Part shown: in pieces, positions 25,334 through 31,581 of the stretch
Layout of the letters: each line of letters opens with the position of its first letter
Numbering within the stretch: position 1 is the first letter of the stretch
From: Chiloscyllium plagiosum
Taxonomy: Eukaryota
Direction of reading: 5' to 3'
Assembly: GCF_004010195.1 (NCBI RefSeq)
Contig: NC_057719.1
Coordinates: 59,410,164 to 59,441,744 of the forward strand
DNA length: 31,581 bases
Notes under the pieces: model-generated
Database searches by the model: none
Seen by the model: the letters and a program-made list of their open reading frames with translations, nothing else
Told to the model about the DNA's origin: nothing
Made by a program: the position numbers and the translations under genes

Positions 25334-26199
25334 TATTTCAAATCAACTTTCGAGGATGTCATCAAACACATGGGACTTGAACTTGGACTAGATGTAGGAA
25401 CACTACCACTGCACCACAAACACATGCACCCACCCTATCCACCCCCATTGTGTTCTATACTGACCTTTATTCTGAATTGTATTATCCACCTGCTATCTGT
25501 CACATGCATCCTATTTCTGCTTCAGTTTACTCTATTTTGTCATGAGATAGCTCGGATTTGTTTATCCGCGTGGGATGCGACTTAATAAAATTCCCTCCTC
25601 ATCAAAGACAGTCCATTGTTCAGTTACAGTTCTGTCAATCTCTGTTCAATGTATCCATTCTCACCCAACTGAAACTGCCCTTCCCTGAATTAAATATTCT
25701 TGGTCATGATTGTTCCTTGTATTTTTCCTAAACCAACCTGAACTTGATGATACATGATCACCAGATGTTCTCCTCCTAACACTTGATCCATTTGGCTCAT
25801 TACATTCCTAAGAACCACAGGCAGGAATGCCTCTTTGATTATGAAATTATAAACTTGAACCAAGTCTGGAAAGTGAAAAAAAATTCCTCTTTCTACTCCT
25901 AAGGTTGGTATAACACAACTCATTTTTTAAAAAATGTGTACTTCTAAATGAACATGTATTTGAGCATGTGCAAAATATGCCAGCCAGTCTGACCTCTTCA
26001 AATAATTAAAGTTAAGGACAGGATATGTTTCAAAGTTGTAGTTGCAGTGGGAGTTACAGCTGAGCTGGTTCAGTTGTTTTTATGAATGTAGTTGTATCGA
26101 GTAGATTTTTACTTGTAAAACATCTGAATTATCTCTCAGAACTAATCAGTTTTACAGAACGGAGATACATGCACTCCTTGCAAAAAGAGAGAATGAGAG

Positions 26200-26340
26200 T
26201 TAGAACACAGAACAGAACAGCACAGTACAGGCCCTTCAGCCCTTGATGTTGTGCCGACCTTTTATCCTCCTCTAAGATCAAATTAACCTACATACCCTTC
26301 ATTTTACTATCATCCATGTGCCTATCCAAGAGTTGCTCAA
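26200..26340 (-). mobile_element. CR1-clade LINE 3'UTR fragment
   Basis: agaacacagaacagaacagcacagtacaggcccttcagccc is the reverse complement of a CR1 tail. Confidence 0.7.
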
Positions 26341-26341
26341 A

Positions 26342-27137
26342 CGGATGTAAGTTTGCTCGCTGAGCTGGAAGGTTCATTTCCAGATGTTTCGTCACCCTAC
26401 CAGTTAACATCTTCAGTGGGCCGCTGGGCAAAGCACTGTTGATGATTCCTGCTTTTGTTTTATATGTTTGGGTTGTGATGTAATTTCCTGTGGTGACAGA
26501 TGGGATCTAACTCGATGTGTGTGTTGATAGAGTTCCAGTTGGAATGCCATGCTTCTAGGAATTCCGAATGTGTCTCTGTTTGATTTGTCCGAGAATGGAT
26601 GTGTTGTCCCAGTCGAAGTGGTGTCCTTTCTTATCTGTATGTAAGGATACTAGTGAGAGATGGTCATGTCATTTTGTGGCTAGTTAATGTTCATGTATCC
26701 TGGTGGATAGTTTTCTGCCTGTTTGTCCAAAGTAGTGTTTGCTACAGTTCTTGCACAGTATTTTGTAAATGACATTAGTTTTGCTTGTTGTCTGTATAGG
26801 GTCTTTCAAGTACATTAGCTGCTGTTTTAGTGTGTTGGTGGGTTTGTAGGCTACCATGATGCCAAGGGGTCTGAGTAGTCTGGTAATCATTTCCGAGCTG
26901 TTTTTCATGTAGGGGAGAGTTGCTAGGGTTTCTGGACGTGTTTTGTCTGCTTGTTTGGGTTTGTTGCTGAGAAATTCGCGGACTGTGCTCATTGGGAACC
27001 CATTCTTTTTGAATATGCTGTATAGGTGATTTTCCTCTGCTTTGCATAGTTCCCCTCTGCTGCAGTGTGTGTTGGCTCATTGAAATAATGTTCTGATGCA
27101 GCTTCGTTTGTGGATGTTGGGATGATTGCTTCTGAAC
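26342..27137 (-). mobile_element. Penelope-like element 3' part (another family)
   Basis: TLPYMK...NVIYKILCKNCSKHYFGQTGRKLSTRIHEH (GIY-YIG). Hammerhead-like motif at 26383-26416. Confidence 0.9.
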
Positions 27138-27144
27138 TACGCTG

Positions 27145-28285
27145 CCTTATCCTGTTAGAATTTTATAGGTTTCTTTGAGATTATACTGATCCTTGCCTGC
27201 CCTCTGCATTCTTCTTTGAACCAGACTTGATTCCCTGTCTTGAAGTTAAGGCTAGAGATTGTGGTTAAATACAGTTCTGTTGCTGTTAATGGCCCACAGT
27301 GCCGAATGGATGCCCAATTTTGAGTTGCCAGAGCTGTTCAAATTCTGTCCCATCCAGGGATAATGCGACACATCACAATAGAGGCTATCCTCAATGTAAA
27401 GATGGTACTTAGTCTCCACAGTGACTGTATATTGGTCACACCTTCTGACGGTATCAAGGATAGCTGTATCTGCAACAGGTAGATTGGTGAGGATGAGATT
27501 CAAAAAACGTTTTTCCACTTCTTGGCACCCTTGGACCCCACCGAGAAGTTATGCCCTTTAGGACTTGGCCTGTTTGAACAGTAGGGTTGCAGCTGAATTA
27601 CTGTTAGTGGTGGACATTGAAGTTCAACACCTAGAAAACATTGTGTCCTGATATCCCTCAGTGCTTCCTCCAAATGGTGTCAGCATGGAGGAATACTGAT
27701 TCAGTGTTTAACATAATGCCATGAGCTTTCATGGGGTATGGAGTCAATGTTGAGGACTCTGAAGAAAACTCTTCCCTGATTGGATATCATGTATAGCCAC
27801 CAAAACGTTGAATTCCTGTGCAATAGGACATAGCCAGGGATGGTAATGTTGGTGCCTGGAATATTGTCTGTCAGATTTGATTCATGTGTCAGCTATATCA
27901 GACAGTTGCTTGACCAGTCTGCAGGACAGCTCTCCCAATTTTGGCACAAGCCCTCAGAGGTTGTTAAGGAGGACTTTGCAGAATTAACATGTTTGGGTTT
28001 AATATTGCCATTTCTGATGTTTAGATAATGCCAGACTTGATCCTTTCTTTCGGGTTTATAAGTTTATTGTATAGGTTTCTCTACACTTGACTGGCTTGTT
28101 GTCCATTTCAAAGAACATTTAAGATACACATTGCCGTTGTTCTGGAGTTGTATGTAGGGTAGACCAGAAACAGACAGCAGATTTACTTCCCTAAAAGATA
28201 TTAGGGAACCTGATGGGTTTTTACAACAATCAACCACAGTTACATGGTCACTATTTGACAAGTATTAATTCCAGATTTTTAAAAT
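27145..28285 (-). mobile_element. Decayed LINE 5' part: SINE-like leader followed by an APE endonuclease domain
   Basis: Minus translation CKVLLNNL*GLVPKLGELSCRLVKQLSDI, ITIPGYVL, NLILTNLP...RCDQYTV (SDH-like motif). Leader 28085-28285 matches the SINE at 10840-11140. Confidence 0.7.
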
Positions 28286-28494
28286 CTGTTTTACTATTGT
28301 TGCATAAGTCATCCTGCATTTGCGTTGTTTTTGTTTCAGAGAATATCCAAAGCTTTTGCTCTGGACTGCAATCAGACAAAAATTGCACTGAACCAAAGAG
28401 AGATACTAGGATTGAACACTATGATTGGTTATAGAAGCAGGTTTAAAGAGGACCTTAGAGGAGAAGAAAGAGGTTCAGATAAATACAATTGTAA

Positions 28495-28560
28495 TTGAAA
28501 TTTAATATAATTTAATTTAATTTAAAATAATTTAAAAATTAATTTAATATAATTTAATAT
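28495..28560. repeat. AT-rich low-complexity tract
   Basis: Irregular (AATTT)n / tttaatataa repeats. Confidence 0.85.
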
Positions 28561-29199
28561 CTGTGCAATAAGAGTTTTTTATAGTTTTCATATTCTTGAT
28601 GCTAAATGTGTTTGGATTTCTGTAAAGATTTTCATGAACATAGATAATGGATGTTTCCAGTAGAAATTGATTTCCTTCAAAGTTGTTTCTTTCATTGACC
28701 TTGTTTGGCCTGTTCTTCTATCTCGCCACAGATTATATTTTCCTTCGACCTGAATAAGAGAATTTTTGTCAACCATAGTAAAATCATCTTGATCATTTGC
28801 CAAGAGTTCGAAAATACATTTGTGTCATCTGTCAAGTGCATAAATACATTGCCATTCTTTCATCATCACTGGATTAAAATCCATAACTCCCTGATTCTAT
28901 GTCTTCCTGTCCATTTGGCCTAATTTTCTATCTAGGTTGTTCCTTCTTAATAAACTGCTTATGACCCTTTTTTGAGTAATCTGTGATTTGTAAACAAAAT
29001 CTTACACGGCTGAAAAGATCCTGCAACTTCTGTTAACAGTGATTTGTTCAGTGCAGATGGTAAACTTAATCTGTATTGTCATCATACACTCCCATGGGCC
29101 ACCCCATCTGTCATTTCAGGTTAAGACTATCGGTGTGGAACATTGATCCCAAACTCAATTTTCTTCATTGTTTTTTAGATCTCTGAAACACCTCACATT

Positions 29200-30315
29200 T
29201 CTGTCTTTGTGTTCAGAGTCTTCCATCTAAACTCCAACCTTCCATTTATTACATCAATTCTGATTTTCTTTCAGATTTTTTTCCATTTTGGTCGACATAC
29301 TTTCACACTCCATAAACCATGTTCTTATCCAGACCAAGTAACCTACCCCAGAAAATACAAATTTTCACACTCTCTTTCATGGCTTCAACCCACCCAATCT
29401 CCTCCGTTGCTACTTTTCCTATATGCATCTTTCACTTCTCCCACAGTGAATTAGGTACAGAAGTGAGTACTTCCACAAAAAAATCAAGTAAGACATAGAA
29501 TGAATTTGAGGACTTTAATTCTTAACTACGTTATTCAAAAGTATTCGCATTCGATCTCCAATTCTTCCAATCCTTTTCTGGACTGATCTATCTCCATTTT
29601 TGGTAGTCAGCCATTGACTAACATCCACTATCGGCCTGCTTACTCACACAACTGGTCTGACCACATTTCCTCACAGTTTGTAAACCATAAGGGTTCTATT
29701 CCATCCTACCAGTTCCTTCATCTTAGTCACATCTGTTCTAAGGATAATTCACCATTACTGTGCCCCAACCATGTCCATTTAATTTCCTGCACTTATTGAC
29801 TCCCACCCTGCCTCCCAGAACCATTATAGGGTTCCCTCTATACTCACTTTCTACCCCATCTGCCTCCAATCAATGCATCACCCTTCACTTTTTCCTGCAT
29901 CTCCAGCTTCATCGTAGCACTAAATACGTCTTCCCTTTCAACATTACAAAGGAACTGTTGCCTGTGCCACACCATGGTACTCGGTCACTATCCAAAAAAC
30001 TCATACCTTCACACAATACATGCTAATGCAAGAGATTAAACAGCAATTTATTTATACTTTATGATTTTCTGTTCAAGGTGTAGTCTTCCAAATAGAGAGG
30101 AGACGAAATGTAGGTTGGGTGATTGCTTTGCAGAACAACTATATTTCATTTGCAATGACTTAAAGCTTCCAGTTGTATGCCATTTTATTCTGCACTCCCA
30201 CTCTGACCTTATACTTATAACTATATGGCACTAATGATGCTCAACGTAAGCTCAGGGAACACTTCATTCAATTAGGCACTTTACAGTCTTCCATATTCAA
30301 CAGAGTTCAGTGATT
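29200..30315 (+). mobile_element. Old, heavily decayed Penelope-like element
   Basis: TNIHYRPAYSHN...SIPSYQFLHLSHICS (PLE RT thumb region) and ETKCRLGDCFAEQL (GIY-YIG). Confidence 0.7.
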
Positions 30316-30328
30316 TTAAATCATTTTT

Positions 30329-30626
30329 GGGGTGGCATGGTGGCTCAGTGGTTAGCACTGCTGCCTTACAGCATGTGAGTTCCAGGTTCGATTCCATCCT
30401 CGGGTGACTGTGTGTAGTTTGCATGTTCTCCCAGTGTCTGTGTGGGTTTCCTCCCACAGTCACAAAGTCGTGCAGGTCAGGTGAATTGGCCATGTTAAAT
30501 TGCCCGTAGTGTTAGGTGCATTAGTTCAGAAGGAAATGGGTCTGGATGGGTTACTCTTCGGAGGGTCGGTGTGGACTGGTTGGGCCAAAGGTCCTGTTTC
30601 CACACTGTCGGGAATCTAATCTAATC
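30329..30626 (+). mobile_element. Near full-length HE1-like tRNA-derived SINE
   Basis: A box TGGCTCAGTGG (30341-30351), B box GGTTCGATTCC (30385-30395), CR1-like 3' end, (AATCT)n tail. Confidence 0.92.
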
Positions 30627-30822
30627 AATAATCATAACTGCTACTTACATTTTGTTTTGTATTTTGGGGATAACTGTTCATAACTATTCTACTTTTCCAC
30701 ACTTCTTCTCAACACAACTTTTGTTTCTTTACCTGTCCCCTTACTACCACTTTCAGGGCACCATCACACTTTCTTCATATAATCTCTCTAACTTTGCATC
30801 CCTTCTTGGGCTTTCCCTTTTG

Positions 30823-31581
30823 TTAGACAAGAGACAATAGACAATAGGTGCAGGAATAGGCCATTCACCCTTCGAGCCTGCACCGCCATTCAATATGATC
30901 ATGGCAGATCATTCCTAATCAGTATCCTCTTCCTGCCTTATCTCCATAACCCTTGATTCCACTATCTTTGAGAGCTCTATCCAACTCTTTCTTAAATGAA
31001 TCCAGAGACTGGGCCTCTACTGCCCTCTGGGGCAGAGCATTCCACACAGCCACCACTCTCTGGGTGAAGAAGTTTCTCCTCATCGCTGTCCTAAATGGTC
31101 TACCCCGTATTTTTAAGCTGTGTCCTCAGGTTCGGTACTCACCCATCAGCGGAAACATGTTTCCTGCCTCCAGAGTATCCAATCCTTTAATAATCTTATA
31201 TGTCTCAATCAGATCCCCTCTCAGTCTTCTAAACTCAAGGGTATACAAGCCAAGTTGTTCCAGTCTTTCAGCATAAGGTAGTCCCGCCATTCCAGGAATT
31301 GACCTCGTGAACCTACGCTGCATTCCCTCAATAGCCAGAATGTCTCTCCTCAAATTTGGAGACCAGAACTGCACACAGTACTCCAGGTGTGGTCTCACCA
31401 GGGCCCTATACAGCTGCAGAAGCACCTCTTTGCTTCAATACTCAATTCCTCTTGTTATGAAGGCCAGCATGCTATTAGCCTTCTTCACTACCTGCTGTAC
31501 CTGCATGCTTACCTTCATTGACTGGTGTACAAGAACACCCAGATCTCTCTGTACTGCCCATTTACCTAAATTGATTCCATT
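30823..31581 (-). mobile_element. Relatively young CR1-clade LINE 3' part (runs off the window)
   Basis: LLQLYRALVRPHLEYCVQFWSP...[13 protein letters not shown]. Short tandem tail (agacaat)n. Confidence 0.95.

Noticed and set aside
23022..25391. Chain of ORFs as an active LINE
   Set aside because: 5'-truncated, multiply frameshifted, and the catalytic motif is mutated (FVHD).
28560..29150. Short ORFs and a GTGATGA motif in unassigned sequence
   Set aside because: No protein similarity, no consistent exon signals and no matching D box.
30329..30400. tRNA gene
   Set aside because: The A and B boxes belong to a SINE head that continues into SINE body and tail. No full cloverleaf.

Overview
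Eukaryotic, repeat-rich genomic DNA, most likely from a cartilaginous fish (shark). This is inferred from HE1-like tRNA SINEs, CR1-clade LINEs and several Penelope-like element (PLE) families. The only host gene is the 5' half of SRP54 on the minus strand. Six GT-AG coding exons (78+92+85+105+67+58 = 485 nt) read [19 protein letters not shown]...[13 protein letters not shown]...[26 protein letters not shown] CpG-rich promoter lies at about 13.5-14.0 kb, and the gene continues off the left edge. The rest is mostly decayed CR1, PLE and SINE copies, often nested. Points of note: (1) a near-perfect ~190-bp tandem duplication copies the splice acceptor and two-thirds of an SRP54 coding exon; (2) two head-to-head PLE palindromes, one of 950 bp with a perfect 15-bp target-site duplication (TSD) inside an SRP54 intron and one of ~4.7 kb just upstream of the promoter, each with a short tail on one arm only; (3) several minimal hammerhead-ribozyme motifs in PLE ends, one with an intact core; (4) a SINE body that matches the sequence directly upstream of a LINE endonuclease ORF. 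I found no convincing wholly new biological system. Repeat boundaries were read by eye and are approximate.
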